64,000 bases of DNA from the NCBI GenBank assembly GCA_964016885.1, contig OZ024740.1, forward strand, positions 359,848,001-359,912,000. The letters run 5' to 3'. Numbering within the stretch: the first letter of the stretch is position 1; every line of letters starts with the position of its first letter. Origin of the DNA: Eledone cirrhosa (taxonomy: Eukaryota). Of this stretch, positions 1 through 13,649 are shown piece by piece. The notes under the pieces are model-generated. The model saw only the letters and a program-made list of their open reading frames with translations, ran no database searches and was not told where the DNA came from. A program made the position numbers and the translations under genes.

Positions 1-123
1 GAGTGGCTGTTTTATGAAACTTTTGTGATTTCAAGTTTTTTGTTTTTTTTTGTGAACTCTTGAATGAAGAGAAAAATATGAATAATTATTCAGATAATGA
101 TGATAATTCTTCTTAAAACTGTT

Positions 124-298
124 GCAAGGCCAGCAATTTGGGGAAAAGAGAAAGTCAATTATATTGAGACTAGTACTTTATTTCATTGACCCCAGAAGGA
201 TGAAAGACAAACTTGACCATGCCAGAATGCAGAAAGTTGTAACTAAATACACAAAGCATTTTGTCCGATGTTCTACCAATATGGCCAACCCACCACCC
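124..298 (-). mobile_element. Decayed tRNA-derived SINE (family with central ...gcctttcatcct..ggggtcgataaa..agtaccag box)
   Basis: Shares gcaaggccagcaatt...gtactttattt..gacccc.gaaggatgaaag.caaa.ttgacc with copies at 895, 2418 and 7225. Confidence 0.7.
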
Positions 299-894
299 TT
301 ACTGAGAATGAATGATACTTCTAAGAAAAAGATACAAAACTCCACAGTTGCATACAAAAGAAAGGTGCCATCTGTGATTTTGACACATGAAAACATTTTC
401 TTATTGCTGGTAAATACAACTCGAAGATTTCTGCAAATTATGCAATTAAAAAGTCAATTATAATTTAAGTTAAAATGAAAGACATGAAACGACAGAATTG
501 GTAACCCCCCCCCCAAAAAAAAAAAACTAAAATTGACTAAACACCTAAAAAGCAAATGATTTTAGGAAATCTAGGCAATTTTATATTCAATAAGTACAGA
601 TACATGCTACTGAGATTAAACTCTGTGGATTTATTGTATAAAACAATTTACTAATTGTCCTCTTAGACTGTTTACTTAGCTTCATTGCCAACGTCTGTCC
701 AGTCTAGAAAATAGCAAAAGACAGCAGGCATGCTAGAATCAATGTTTTGTTTCTTGTGTCAGTCAATCTAGTTTGTTAAATAATATCTATCAGCTATATA
801 ATAAAGTGGTTATCATGGAAGGAAAGTATTCAAAACAAAGTATATAGTCAATCATGTCTGCAAGGAATAAAAAGATATAGCCATACAGCTTAAT

Positions 895-1082
895 AATTGT
901 TTCTACTTTTGGCACAAGGCCAGCAATTATCCAGTGCATTACTGGTACTTTGCCTTTCATTCTTACGGGGTTGATAAAGTAAAGTTAACCTCGGCGGGAT
1001 TTGAACTCAGAATGGCAAGGGCCATAACTATGCATCAAAGCATGGCGTCCGACCCTCTACCATTACTGCCAATCCAATGCCA
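895..1082 (-). mobile_element. tRNA-derived SINE, same family, with a 39-bp internal inversion
   Basis: Near-identical to 2418-2598 (ttctacttttggcacaaggccagcaattatccagtg...gcatggcgtccga); B-box-like gagttcaaatccc on the minus strand. Confidence 0.8.
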
Positions 1083-1978
1083 GCTAGAGAGAAAAATACT
1101 ACGGATCCACACACACACCTAATAGAGAATGTAATAACCGGCTTAATATTGAAAGCAAACTGCAGTAATAACCTATGAAAATTTACACTATAACAGAATG
1201 CGAAAAGATAAATAAATATCCCAGTAATGGATGCATCAAGGACAGAGATGTAGGGAAGGTTTCGAGGGGAAATAGAGGAGAGAGTGTGTTGTAAGAATGA
1301 GAGTGAGTGAGAGAGAGAGAAGGATAAATGAGACAGAAGAGATAGTGAGTGTGTGTAAGAAAGAGAGAGGGGCGATAGGGGAAATAGAGGGTAATGTAAG
1401 AGAAAGAGGGGAGAAAATAAAGAGAGAGGAGACAGTGAGTATAAGAGAGACCTTAGGTGAGGGGAGATAAAAAGAGAGAGGAGAGTTCTCCTGAACCAGC
1501 TTTTATTAGTGACATAAAGACTTTATAACAGTGACAAGACAACCAGCTCCATTGTAAATGACAACACATAGATAAAACATCCAATTAACTCTTAACCTGA
1601 AATGACTTAGCAGAAGATATCTATAAACCGGTTTGTTGATTAAAATGATTAGAGTGTTTATACTAATGTGGACAGATTGTTGTGAAAATCTGCAGTATAA
1701 CAATTAATATAAAACTAAGTAAAGAATTGTTAGTGTTGCTATCATAGTACTGTTTTATACTTTTCAAGAATGTCTTGCTAATGTGGTTTCATGTGGTAGT
1801 GGGCGTTGTGAGTCAATAGAGTGACATTTTGGTCAGATTTATAGACATATATATATCTACACTATGTAGATTGAAATATCATTCATAATTTCTAATTGGG
1901 ACAATGCATAAATTTCTACTTAGTTGCTTGACCAGCAAAAACTAGTTGCATATCTTTCACAAATCATAATCTACCACC

Positions 1979-2186
1979 TTGACCCTTTAGTATTTACATT
2001 ACACTAAATTTACTGTTATATTTTCATAATTATCCCCCATAATATCGAATCTATGAGATTTTGAAATTATTTATTTTGAGAACAATACCTTAATATCAGT
2101 ATGAGTGGCTGGTTACAGCCGGTTTGAACAGAAAAAGGTGAGAGAATTCTTGCCAGATACAACCAGTTTAAATGCTAATGGGTTAA
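1979..2186. mobile_element. piggyBac-type MITE (family A), inserted into a SINE
   Basis: TTGA-CCCTTTAGTATTTA ... TAAATGCTAATGGG-TTAA terminal inverted repeats; sibling copy at 12282-12507. Confidence 0.8.
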
Positions 2187-2417
2187 AATGTGGAGAACAC
2201 GATGTATCATGTAGTCCTAGACATAGTGTTTAAGTTAGTCAATATTTCAGTGCAATGAGAAGCAAAAGGGTTTACAGGATGGTCACAGCTAAAGAACCTT
2301 TAACAATAGGTCAGCTGAGGTAAAGCTAAACAACAACTGCTTTTAATCTTTGTGATTCATCATAATTTTTACGTCCACTTTTCCGTACTGGTATGAGTTA
2401 GACGGAATGTTTTAAGA

Positions 2418-2598
2418 TAATTGTTTCTACTTTTGGCACAAGGCCAGCAATTATCCAGTGTATTACTGGTACTTTATTTTAACGACCCCGTAAGGATGAA
2501 AGGCAAAGTTAACGTCAGCAGGATTTGAACTTGGATCATAAAGAGCCGTAACTCTTTGCTGCAAAGCATGGCGTCCGATCCTCTACCAATACTGTACA
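2418..2598 (-). mobile_element. tRNA-derived SINE (same family as 895-1082)
   Basis: Direct alignment to 895-1082 and 124-298. Confidence 0.8.
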
Positions 2599-2639
2599 GT
2601 TAGATGCCCTTTCTAATGCCAACCCTTTTGGTTGCTTGT

Positions 2640-2945
2640 TACAGCACACAGGGATACAGTGTATCTATTTAAAAAAACGGGATACTTATATATAAATATC
2701 ACCATTTCATGTCTGATTAATGTGCAGAGTAGCTGAACATTCCACCGATGTCTATCCTTAACAGATTTCTCAGGGAAATTCAGTGTGACAAGATGGCCCT
2801 TTGAATTAGAGGTACAACTCGTTTTTGCCAGTTGAGTTGATTGGAGCAACATGAAATAAAGTGTCTTGCTCAAGAACACATCATCCTGCTAGGAATCAAA
2901 CTCACAAACTTATGATTATGGGCCGAACATCCTAACCACTAAGAC
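2640..2945 (-). mobile_element. tRNA-derived SINE with CORE/V-like central domain
   Basis: gagttgattggagcaacatgaaataaagtgtcttgctcaagaacaca...ggaatcaaactcac shared with 10040-10165 and, reversed, with 4890-4975. Confidence 0.65.
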
Positions 2946-3747
2946 ATGTGATGAGAGGCGGGGAGGAGAGAGATGAAATACGTGTGTGTGTGTGGTATGA
3001 GAGAATAAAAGAAAGAGACAGAATAGAAAGATAGAGAGAGCATATAAGAGAATGAGAGAAAAAGCATGAGAGCAAGAGCCTAAGAGAGAGAGAGAGAGAG
3101 AGACACACTAAGAGAAGTGTGAGCTATTCATTGCAGATATTCTAAAAATTGACTGAAGTGATGTACAATTCATTAGAGAGCTTAAGAAACAGTCTGATTA
3201 AGTAGATTAAGGTAGAGGCAATCATATTAATTTCAATCCTTTATGGCTCTCTAATCAGTTCTATTGCCTACTGTATGCTGAGGAGAATAAAAGGTGACAA
3301 GAATTTCATGTCTCCAAGATTGAAAATATCAACACTAATTGCTACAAATGAGCAAATATGACAGCTCATTTGTAATTATTTGATTAGATTTCTAATTAAG
3401 TAACAATGTGAGGCAAATAGCATTAGATAGTTATTTCAAACTGGAGTTTCATAACTAAGAGAAAGAAGTGGCTATTTCAAAGCTAGTCTATTTCCTACAT
3501 ATACACAAGGGAACACATTTATCGGGGTATGGAAATAGAGGACTGAATCAACTCCTTAAAAGAAAAATAAGGCAACATTTTCTCCACTAGAATTTAAATT
3601 CAGAACATTAAGGAATGTAGCTAAATAAAGTAAGACATTTTGTTAGATCATCTACAAATTCTGCACCCCCACCACCAATGTAGTGATTTCTAATAACATC
3701 AAGGTCACGGAATTGGGGAACACAGTTGATTAACTTTTAATATCCTG

Positions 3748-4692
3748 TTACCTGGGGGACAAAATCAGTAGTGGTGGAGGGTGCTCTGAAAGTACAGTAG
3801 CCAGATTCAGAACGGGATGGAAAAAGTTCAGAGAGTTTATACCACTATTGACCACTAAAGGTTTTTCTCTAAAAATGAAAGGCAGGCTGTATGATGCCTG
3901 TATACGAACAGCAATGTTGCAGAGGATCTGCGCAGACTGGAGAGGAACGAAGCATCCATGCTCCGTTGGATGTGTAATAGTAATATACGCGAACAGCAAA
4001 GCATAAATGAACTAAGTGAGAAATTAGGAATAAGAGGGATCAGATGCTGTTTACTCGAAAGAAGACTACATTGGTATGGTCACGTGATGAGCATGAAAGA
4101 CGACAGTTGTATAAAAAAGTGCAGGGCGATCAAAATTGATGGAAGTTACGGAGTAGGTAGACCCAGAAAAACCTGGGACAATTTGATAAATTCCGACCTC
4201 ACACACACCTCTCTAAGACAATGTCACTGGACCGAGAGCTTTGGCGCTACACAGTAATACAGAAGATCCGCCTTGCTTATCTACAAAGCGAAACCTAGTC
4301 AGTAGGCACCGCTTAACCAAATATATACCCCATCTCACTACCCCTACTCCACTCCCCACTCCCACCAACACCACCCTTTCTCTGTAAAATTATGTTGGTA
4401 CCACAACATCCAGCCCTAAATAAATGAGGTCGTGTAGGTGTCACAACAAAAAAACACAGTCCATGCTGTAATGTGGCCATGTAGGTAACACGGTAAAAAC
4501 CTCCCAGTTCCACACTGTAAACGTGGTTGATGTTAGGAAGGGCATCCAGCCATAGAAAACCTTCCAGACAGCCCTATACGAGCGAGACATGGTCACCCGA
4601 CCAATCTTGCTTGAAGTAGGACAATTCCCGTCTAAACCCATGCTAGCGTGGAAGATAGACTTTAAACGTTGATGATGATGATGATGATGATC
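3748..4692 (+). mobile_element. 5'-truncated RTE LINE copy (same family as 60746-64000)
   Basis: Encodes YLGDKISSGGGCSESTVAR...MLRWMCNSNIRE...LHWYGHVM...GRPRKTW, collinear with ORF 61102-63981; same 3' UTR and (GAT)n tail. Confidence 0.95.
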
Positions 4693-4849
4693 CTGTAATG
4701 ATTTAACAAAAAATATATGGAAATGTGTTTAAGTCAAATGCTTATAGTATCTTTAATAGAGGACAGATCATTGTGAGTTTGAAGTATTAAACTGAAGTAT
4801 TTTTAATTTTTAATGTGATGGATAATGTTCATATATTGTGAAGAGAGTA

Positions 4850-5060
4850 GTAAAGGTGTGTGTTAGTGTGTTGACCTCAATTATAAGGTCTTGAGTTTGA
4901 TTCTTAGACCAAGCATCACACTATGTCCTTGAGCAAGATGTTTAATTTCACAATATCTTAGTTCACTCAGCTGGGAATTAACCCCAGCAACAAACTGGCA
5001 TCCAGCCCAGGGGCACATCTTTTCATATGACTAGTGCCCCTATCATTAAATCACCTGAAA
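4850..5060 (+). mobile_element. Decayed SINE (CORE/V-like)
   Basis: gagtttgattc B-box-like motif followed by tgtccttgagcaagatgtttaatttcaca..ttcactcagctg. Confidence 0.55.
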
Positions 5061-5824
5061 AACCTATGAGATGCAACTTCATAGTAGGCCAGCTAAACCT
5101 ACATAGGTGTGAGCTGTAACAAGAGAAGGAATTGTTTTGTTTGAGCAAGGCCCTTTGGTATGAAAAAGAGTTAAAGATACAAACAGAAAGATATAATATA
5201 AAGGAAAATGGGGAGGACTTCTATTTTCTAGAACTTTATTCACTCCTCAACTACTGCATGCACTGCCCTTGCTTGGAGGACCCTAAATTTAGGTGACTGA
5301 CAAGTTGAACAATCAAAGGTAGATTTTGTGAGTAAGGAAATTAGAGAATAAACTATGTGAAGAATGTCACTTGTATGTTAGCTGGGTGGGAGCAGAGAGA
5401 AAAAGAAAGCTACAGAGTGGATTACCTATATAAACATTAGTGAGGAGTGTTTGTGTGAGTATAAACTCTTAACAATAGAGTAATGTTGGCAGTTTGGTAA
5501 ATTACAAGTACCTTTAAGCAATAACCTCTAAGTAATACAATATATAGCAATTTATTCTTATCAATTAATGTAATGAAAATTGGAACACAAACAATAGTTT
5601 AAATTTTAGAGAAATTCACAAGAGCCAAGAATAAAAAAAATCCAATTCCGTAGGTAATTTAGCAGACATTCCATAGTGACAGAAATACTCCATTTCCTTT
5701 GACTAAAGTCTTAATATATAGAAAGGAAAATAAGATGTAAGAGGGGTAGTTTTGACATATTTCACAGTTTTAACCATTTCAAGACTTCATCTAGCATTTT
5801 AGACTGATACTTATACACATATAT

Positions 5825-5970
5825 ACATCCAATAGACTTTTGCACTGCTATTTATTGGCTATCAAATTTCACTCACAAATCTTTGGTTGATGTAAGGTTA
5901 CAGTAGAAGACAAGGTGATGCAAAGTGAGCTCAAACCTGTTTGTGAAACAATCTTAGCTACACAATCATA
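5825..5970 (-). mobile_element. Decayed tRNA-derived SINE (sibling of 8680-8825)
   Basis: caaatttcactcacaaa.ctttggtt...agtagaagac shared with 8680-8825. Confidence 0.55.
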
Positions 5971-7091
5971 CTGATACACTATATATACTCGAATATAAGC
6001 TGATCCATTTTGTATGAGAAGTTTGCAAAAACCCAAACCAAGTGTATAAATTGAGGCAGCTAATCAACACATTATGTTTAGATGGTGCAGTTTTGAAATT
6101 CTCATGAGTGGAGAATACATTAATGAAGTTTCAATATTTTGATATTCAAAATGTTCCAAGTGTCGTTTAGAATATAGTTTTTGTTTTATAACTCAATTGT
6201 GTATTTCTTTTTACCATTTCATCCATTTTATAAAGTCCCTATAAGTTTCTTGAAATTTTGTTTACTTCCAGCTACTCAAATGATTTATTTTTTAGCAGAC
6301 AACAATGTAACAGATTTTTATTTAATATACAAAACTTTAGGTAGATTTTTATAATTACACACATCTTGCACCAGCATGCCCTCTCATTCAGTTAACTAAA
6401 ACCAAATAATTTCCGACAATTTTGAAGGCCATATTCATTCAAAACATAAAAAACAATACAAAACCGAATTTCATGGTGAAAGTGAAACTGGTGTGATATT
6501 CACCTCCAAAGCCAACATATTTTAACACTCCATTTACATAGAATTTGAAGTTGGTGAAAATCAGCAAAATATTGACCCCATTTTACCATCAATTATTTTT
6601 GTTACATATTTCTCACCTTATATATGGTATATTATTTTTAGTATAAGCACAATGTCACACATTTTGGGTGAGAGAACTCTTGATATAACTATCTCTAGTA
6701 GATGATTAATACTTATTTTAATTTAGTTGATAATAGAAGGATAAAAGATGAAGTCGAACTTGGCAAGATGATCTGAAAAGAGACATAACCAAAGATTTTG
6801 AGAAATCTATCCATGTCCTCCAAATGAAGTCCCAGATTTATTGTGTAGAGCTGGGTTTAGAGACGAACTCATTACATGCTGGAAAGTATATGAGACTTGT
6901 TCTAAATAGAAACACATCTGCAGATTTCCAAATATTTCATGCATTTCTCAAGGGATTTAGTAATACAAGTTATAAAAAATTAGGTCATAGACTTGATTTA
7001 CTTACATTCACCACAAAACATAATTAACAGAATGGAGGTGGAGACTTCCAAAATTATCACAGACAAAACTCAATTGGATAACAAATAAAAG

Positions 7092-7142
<51 letters not shown>

Positions 7143-7224
7143 CCAATTAGTTGAAATGCCAAACTACTAAAGTAATAACAAGATTTAATTGTTTCAATAG
7201 CCATACCGTAATAGTTTCTATTAA

Positions 7225-7395
7225 CATTGGCACAGGACCAGAACTTCTGATTAAACTAACTCCAGTACATGACAGATATTTATTTTATTGATGCCAAAAG
7301 GATAAAAACAAAGCTGACCTTGGTGAGTTGTGAATGCAAAGGTATCTAATTAAATACTGGGAGGCATTTTGTCTGTCACTTTACTGATTTTGTTA
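7225..7395 (-). mobile_element. Decayed SINE (family of 895/2418)
   Basis: ttggcacaggaccag...tttattttattgatgccaaaaggataaaaacaaagctgaccttgg. Confidence 0.55.
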
Positions 7396-8560
7396 CTCAT
7401 AATCTATCAATACCAACCTTTTATCAAAAAGATATCAAAATTAGGGGATCCCAAATGTGCTCAGGATATTGTTAATCTTCAACTTAATGTCATCAGCTTC
7501 GTTTTTGCTATCTAAAAGTAATCACAATAAGTAGCTTCCATTGTACCAGGTAGGGTATAATCAACAAACAGGTAGATTCTCTGATGAATGAGGAAGTTTA
7601 TGAATGAATTGTATCAGGTATACAGTAGGGTGGTTGTGGTAACAACAATAGGAGTTTGTGATTTTTGACTTAGAACTAATCGTTAGACCACCCATGTGCA
7701 ATGTAAAATAGAATGTGTATGTGTAGTGAAGGGAGGGATAGTTCTGTTACCTATAGTTTCACTTAGTGGAGTGGGCAGTGATGAAAAGACAAAATTTGAA
7801 GGGTACTGCAAGAGTATAATAACTAATTCACACAATAGAATTAATTAATCACTAATGAAAAATCTCAATAACAGCATTATGAAATATACATATCAGTGTG
7901 TGTTGTCATTATCATCATCACTGTTTAACATCTATTTTTACATGCTAACATAGGTTAGATGGTTGTCACATTCTGAGGCTAGACTGATCAGGTGGTCACA
8001 TCTTGCTCATGCATTACATTTTGGGTTTGGTTTCTACAGCTAAATGCCCTTCATAATGGCAACCACTTTACAGCATGTACTGAATGCATTTTATTGTGGC
8101 ACAAGCACTACCACTTTACAGAGTAGAATGTGTTTTACTGTGGCACCAATACAAACACTTTTAGAGTGGGCTAGTTGTAGTCATCATTTTATACTCATTT
8201 TTCTATGCTTGCATGGGTTGGACTGTATATGTACTCTTTTACTGGATTCAGTTATTAGACTGTGGCTGTCTCCTAGATTTAGGTGATCATATCAACCATA
8301 AAACCTTTTTTTTTTTTCAAGTTTAGTACTTATTTTATTGATCTCTTATTTTTTAACTGCTAAGTTACAAACATAAGCATAGACACAAACGAAAACATAG
8401 ATACAGACACAGACATCTCTCTCTCTCTCTGCATATATATATATATAACATTATGTAAGGAATAAATAATGTTGATAAGTGTTTTGATTCTCCATCATAA
8501 TTTTCTGTGTGTGTGTGTGTATCATCGTTTAACGTCCATATTCCATATTAGCATAGGTAG

Positions 8561-8614
<54 letters not shown>

Positions 8615-8679
8615 CCACCCTTGCAAGCAGGGAAAAAGCGGACGTAAAATGATGATATATATATATATATATATATATG

Positions 8680-8825
8680 ACAGGCTTCTACAGTTTCCAT
8701 CTACCAAAATACACTCACAAAGCATTGGTCAACTAGAGGCTATAGAAGACACTTCCCAAGGTGTCATACGGCAGATCTGAATCTAGATTCCATGGTTGTG
8801 AAGAAAACTTAATCACACAGCCATG
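8680..8825 (-). mobile_element. tRNA-derived SINE (CORE-like ccttgggaagtgtcttct)
   Basis: Minus strand reads tggctgtgtgattaag...caaccatgg...caccttgggaagtgtcttctatagcc...tgtgagtgtattttggtagatggaaactgtagaagcc. Confidence 0.65.
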
Positions 8826-9864
8826 CTACTATTTTTATCAAGTGTTTAGTAGAACAGCTAACTAAATAGGTTTACTTGATCATAGTGGACATTGAGGCTG
8901 AACAACAATGACTACAGTTGAACAATGAAGGAACTTTTATGCCATTGCTTAACTTGCTAGAGACCCAAATTTAAATCCAAGTCCAAGTTCATGGGAAACT
9001 GCTGCTGCCACCACCAATACCCCCCCCCCCCCACCTACTATTAATAACAAAAAATACACATTAGGTTGAATAATACATTTTTAGTTGACATAAACCTGAA
9101 AGATTATTAAACAGTCATATTCATCCTGATGACGATGACTAATAATAATAATAACAATAGTGACAGCTTCTTTATATATGAGGTATTTATAGTTTCTGAC
9201 TAAATAAGCTCTGAGATCATACTATGGTATCCAAAAGACTTTAAACAAATAACCTTTATCGTGGGAACTAAGTTCTTTTACAAGCAATGGCACTAGCCTG
9301 TCTTTAAGCATGTAAACAACAAACACTTTTTCACTCATCTTCCTTCTTCCTATATGCCTGGTTGCTTTATTAAAGATTAAGTTATTCTTTGAACATTGAT
9401 TTAACAACAACAACTATAATTTATTGTATCATAATGTAAGTAGTAGTTGTGTATTCTAAAACTTGTATCTTTCACATAATCCTTATGTAAAATCAGTGTG
9501 AGAAGTTGACTGATTTGCAAGTATGGTTCACTTGACAGGTTTCCACATAATTTTTGTCTACCAAATTTCACTTGAAATATAAAAGAAGTATCCTCTAGAT
9601 GATTACTAGAAATAGCAGTCAAATTTATCAATGTGCCTTAAAATGGACACATTGAATAATGTAGTTCAAAACACTACTCTTGATAATAACTATAAAACTA
9701 GAAAAGATGGTTCAGCCTGGATGCTTTTAACTGCAGCTGAACTGGAACTAAACAACATTCTCTTACAGTGACACAAATCTACAGATGTAGAAGAGAAAGG
9801 GGTCTATGTATTACAGGTGCTAAATGACCCTGATTGGTGCAAGGAGTAGGAAGCATCATTTAGT

Positions 9865-10165
9865 CATGATTGACCAAAAGGTTGCACTTGGAAAGTTCCT
9901 TGCTAAGGTGCAAGCCTGGGCAAGGTGTTTTTGTAGAAGACCAGCAGTCACCCATGCATAATAGACTCCCCTCTCCACTTCACCAATATTGTCCAAGGGA
10001 AAAGCAAAGGTCAATACAGCTTGTTGCCAGTGTCATCGCAACTTATTTTTCTGCAGAGTGAAGTGGAGCAATGTGAATTAAAGTGTCTTGCTCAAGGACA
10101 CAATGTGCCATCCAGTCCAGGAATTAAACTCACAACCTTACATGTGAGCCCAATACCATAACCAG
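9865..10165 (-). mobile_element. SINE with CORE/V-like domain
   Basis: gagtgaagtggagcaatgtgaattaaagtgtcttgctcaaggacacaa...ccaggaattaaactcac, as at 2830-2905. Confidence 0.65.
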
Positions 10166-10907
10166 TACAAGGGGATATAAACACTTCAAAATGCTCTATA
10201 GTTTCTGCTACCCCATTGCCCTTCCCTAACACATTTTAGGGGAAAGAAAAATGTATTTTGTAATAATTATGCCTTTCTAAAGCATTAGTGATACGTTCTT
10301 GGAGCTCTTCTTAAATAACGAGTTCAATTTTCTTATTATTCTATTCCACCTCTCACTCATATTTATTGAAGGTATCAGTGGTATCATGCTGTTTAACTCT
10401 TAACGTCTGTACCAAATGAAGCCACAATAGCAAAGCATTCTTGAAAAAGTACTTATGTATCACATTAAAAATTAAAGTCTTTACTCTAACACTGAAAATT
10501 TTCATAACAATAATCTCAACATAAACAAACACTACAAACAGTTGAATCAACAAACGAGCTTTTAGACATTTTCTGCTAAATCATAATAGGACTTTAAGAG
10601 CTGAAAAATAAAGAGGTGGGGGGAGGGCTAGTTACAACACAGCAGTTATCTAGATTAAGTAGGAGGTAAAGTCTCACATGTAGGTTGATGACAAGTAAGT
10701 TATTCACCAAGGTGACATCACAGTAAACAAACAGGAGACAGTAATGACAAAGAGAACAAAGCAGTACAGTTTAAATGTGAACAGAGAACAAGATTGTTCA
10801 ATGAATTACTTATTGTTGACAAATTAAGACCAGCAATTGTAAGATCAGGTAGCAGCAAATAAATTTTCATACATATTTCAAAATGGCATACTTGAAAGTA
10901 ATATATC

Positions 10908-11660
10908 TTCATCATCATTTTATGCCTGTTTTTCCATGCTCGCATGGGTTGGACAGCACTGCATCTCTCTACTTGTAGGGATTTTTTGCCACCTCTACCA
11001 TGAGCTCCAGAAAATTGAAATCAGCTCTCATGACTTTTGCCCAGGTCTTCCTTTCTTTCTCTACTATGACTTCCTTGCACTGGGGTTTCTTGGCACTTCT
11101 CCACCCAGCAATCATCATCCATGCACATCGCATGTCCATGCCAGCTCAGTCATCTCTCCTACACACATCTGATCCCTTTTATATTCAGTTTCTCTCTCAG
11201 TTAACCCATGCTTTGTTGTTCACACACATTAACATTGCACATCCATCGAATGTTCTCTTAATTTCTCTCCAACCTTCACATCTCCTCTGCAGTCACTGCC
11301 CATGTTTCACTACCATGCAGCATTGCACATCATACACAGACATTATACAGCCAGCCTTTCATTCGTAGGGAGAAACCTTTTGTTGTCAACAGGGGTAGAA
11401 ACTCTCTAAACTTTTTCTATCCCATTCTTATTCTAGCTACTATGCTCCTGGAGCACCCACCTCTACTGCTAATTTAGTCACCTAGATACCAGAAGCTATC
11501 AACCACTTCTATGTGATTGAAAAAGGAGTATATCACTGACACACTATCAATTTTCCCTGAGCATCTATTACATAGTCTTTCTTTCCTGTTAGTCTGCTTG
11601 CTATTCCACTACACCTATTGTGTACCCAAGATTTTCATTGAGTACATAGTATAGAGTTTC
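10908..11660 (-). mobile_element. Decayed RTE LINE 3' fragment
   Basis: (ATC)n tail plus tttccatgctcgcatgggttggac; minus strand aligns to ...SFWYLGD.ISSRGGCS... and ...PRKP... of the RTE C-terminus. Confidence 0.8.
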
Positions 11661-12281
11661 TGTATATCTTAGTTTCTATGTGAGCATTTTAAGCTTTGAT
11701 CATATAACAGCTACCTCAGTAACCATGTGGGAATACCAAATATGAATATTTCAGGATTGTTGATCCATTATCAGTGATACTTACTCACTTGATATTGAAG
11801 TACAGAAGCTAATGCTTCTTATATAAACATTTTGCAAATAATAAATTTTTTCTGGTGGTTTGTTGAGCCAATATTAATTAGCAATAGCATTAACACAACA
11901 TGATTCAAAACTGGGGTTAATATGGAAGCGTGTAATATAAGCATGTACAATTTTTATGTATAATAAATATACATATCTCACTGACTATTTTAAGTTGGGA
12001 CCATATAGTTAACTCAGTAACTGTGTGAGAATGCCAAATACTAGTATTTCACGACTATTAATCCATTATCAGTGACACTATTCAAATAAAGTAGGTAAGC
12101 TGAGGCAATATTTGAACCCACAATTTCTGAGTATGTAATCCATCATCAATAACTATTGCAATCAGGTAAGTAAGCTGAGGCAATTAAGAGACACAGTAAT
12201 AGACTACTAGTAAATTTGGACTAACAATCTCTTAGCATGTAATCCAATTATGTATCAATTTGGCTACCTTACCTTTTAAAG

Positions 12282-12507
12282 TTAACCCTTCAGCATTTGT
12301 ATTACTCTATATTTACTATTATATTCTCACAGAAAAGCCTTTATCTTACATAATTATCTCACATAATATCGAATCTATGAGATTTTGATATTTATTTTTA
12401 GAACAATACCTACAAGTCAGTATGAGGAGCCAGTTATGGCCGGTTTGAACAGAAAGAGGTGAGAAAATTCTGGCCAGATACGGCTGGATTAAATGTTAAA
12501 GGGTTAA
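12282..12507. mobile_element. piggyBac-type MITE (family A)
   Basis: TTAA-CCCTTCAGCATTT ... AAATGTTAAAGGG-TTAA; internal cataatatcgaatctatgagattttga identical to the 1979-2186 copy. Confidence 0.85.
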
Positions 12508-12993
12508 GCTAAACTGTCCCAGACAGGTGGCTCAACATGCTGATGTTTATCCCAATTTTCTTGGCGTTAAGCAACTGAGAGTAGAAGACTCCCCCTAGAC
12601 AGGACACTAGTCCATCTCACAAAAAAATTAAACATAAAAAAATAATTCAAGCTTTCATTAAACAGGAGGCAGATAATTTTTTTTTCTGTCTGGATTTTTG
12701 CTTAACAAAATAAAAGAACCCAAAGCTTATTATCAATTTTAAAAACTCTGCAAGTAAATAACAAAATAATATCTTTAGGCAATATTTATAATTTCTTTAA
12801 AGCTAATTAACGAATCAGTCGATAAATCAAAAAAATTAATCAAGTAAATATTTAAGCCAGCCCATCTCTCCACCAAACTATACACCTCATCAAATTGGAA
12901 TAGCAGTAATATGGAAATAACATTAGTTTCAGTTCCAAGAGAATTAAACGAGAGTATTTTCTGTCTACTGGAGAGGAATGGTAAAACTCTGTT

Positions 12994-13221
12994 GTAACCC
13001 TTTTGTTACTATATTTCTAATGAAATACACTGCCTATGTGTTTCAATTTGTTTTGAAAATAAAATATTTAGAAAAATTATTTTTCATTAATAACATTACT
13101 TAAACGTTTCTTAAATAGATTATGATGGAAGGATTTAATATAAGTATAAACATTTTAAAATGAGTAGTTTATTTATCATAAATATAAGGCAGTTCCAGGC
13201 ATTTTAGGGTCAAAAGAGTAA
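12994..13221. mobile_element. TTAA/CCC-type MITE (family B), decayed
   Basis: TAACCCTTTTG ... CAAAAGAGTAA termini; reverse complement matches 20892-21030 and 23505-23595. Confidence 0.6.
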
Positions 13222-13544
13222 AAAAAACAGCCATAGAGTTACTTTACTAGAGTAAGAATGTGCTGATGTTTCACAAGGCAGAAATGTAGCAGTCTAGTGT
13301 AAAAGAATCTTGGACTCGGATGAACCAAACAGGAATGCAGTATAAATAGGCAACACAATAAAATAAACACATATAAAAAATATAGAAACAGTAACTTTTA
13401 TTTTACTCACACACACAGAGAAAATGATGAATTTATGGAAGTCAGAAACACATCACTACCACCATCCAAACAAAGAAATAACAAAAAGTTATATTTGATG
13501 TTCTAAATATTCCAAATGTTGAATTACCTAAGTGGGGCTAGTTG

Positions 13545-13545
<1 letters not shown>

Positions 13546-13606
<61 letters not shown>

Positions 13607-13647
13607 GCGTGCGCGCGCGTGCGCGCACGCACACACACACACACACA
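13546..13647. repeat. (TG)n-(GC)n-(CA)n compound microsatellite (self-complementary)
   Basis: Direct reading. Confidence 0.95.
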
Positions 13648-13649
13648 TA

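Noticed and set aside
985-1082. tRNA genes at SINE heads
   Set aside because: Only degenerate A/B-box remnants with no cloverleaf, attached to SINE bodies
5975-6640. Tc/pogo-like DNA transposon remnant (tatatactcgaatataag start)
   Set aside because: Right terminal repeat too degenerate to support
11701-12080. Diverged duplication of about 80 bp (11701-11780 / 12002-12078)
   Set aside because: Old local duplication with no further structure
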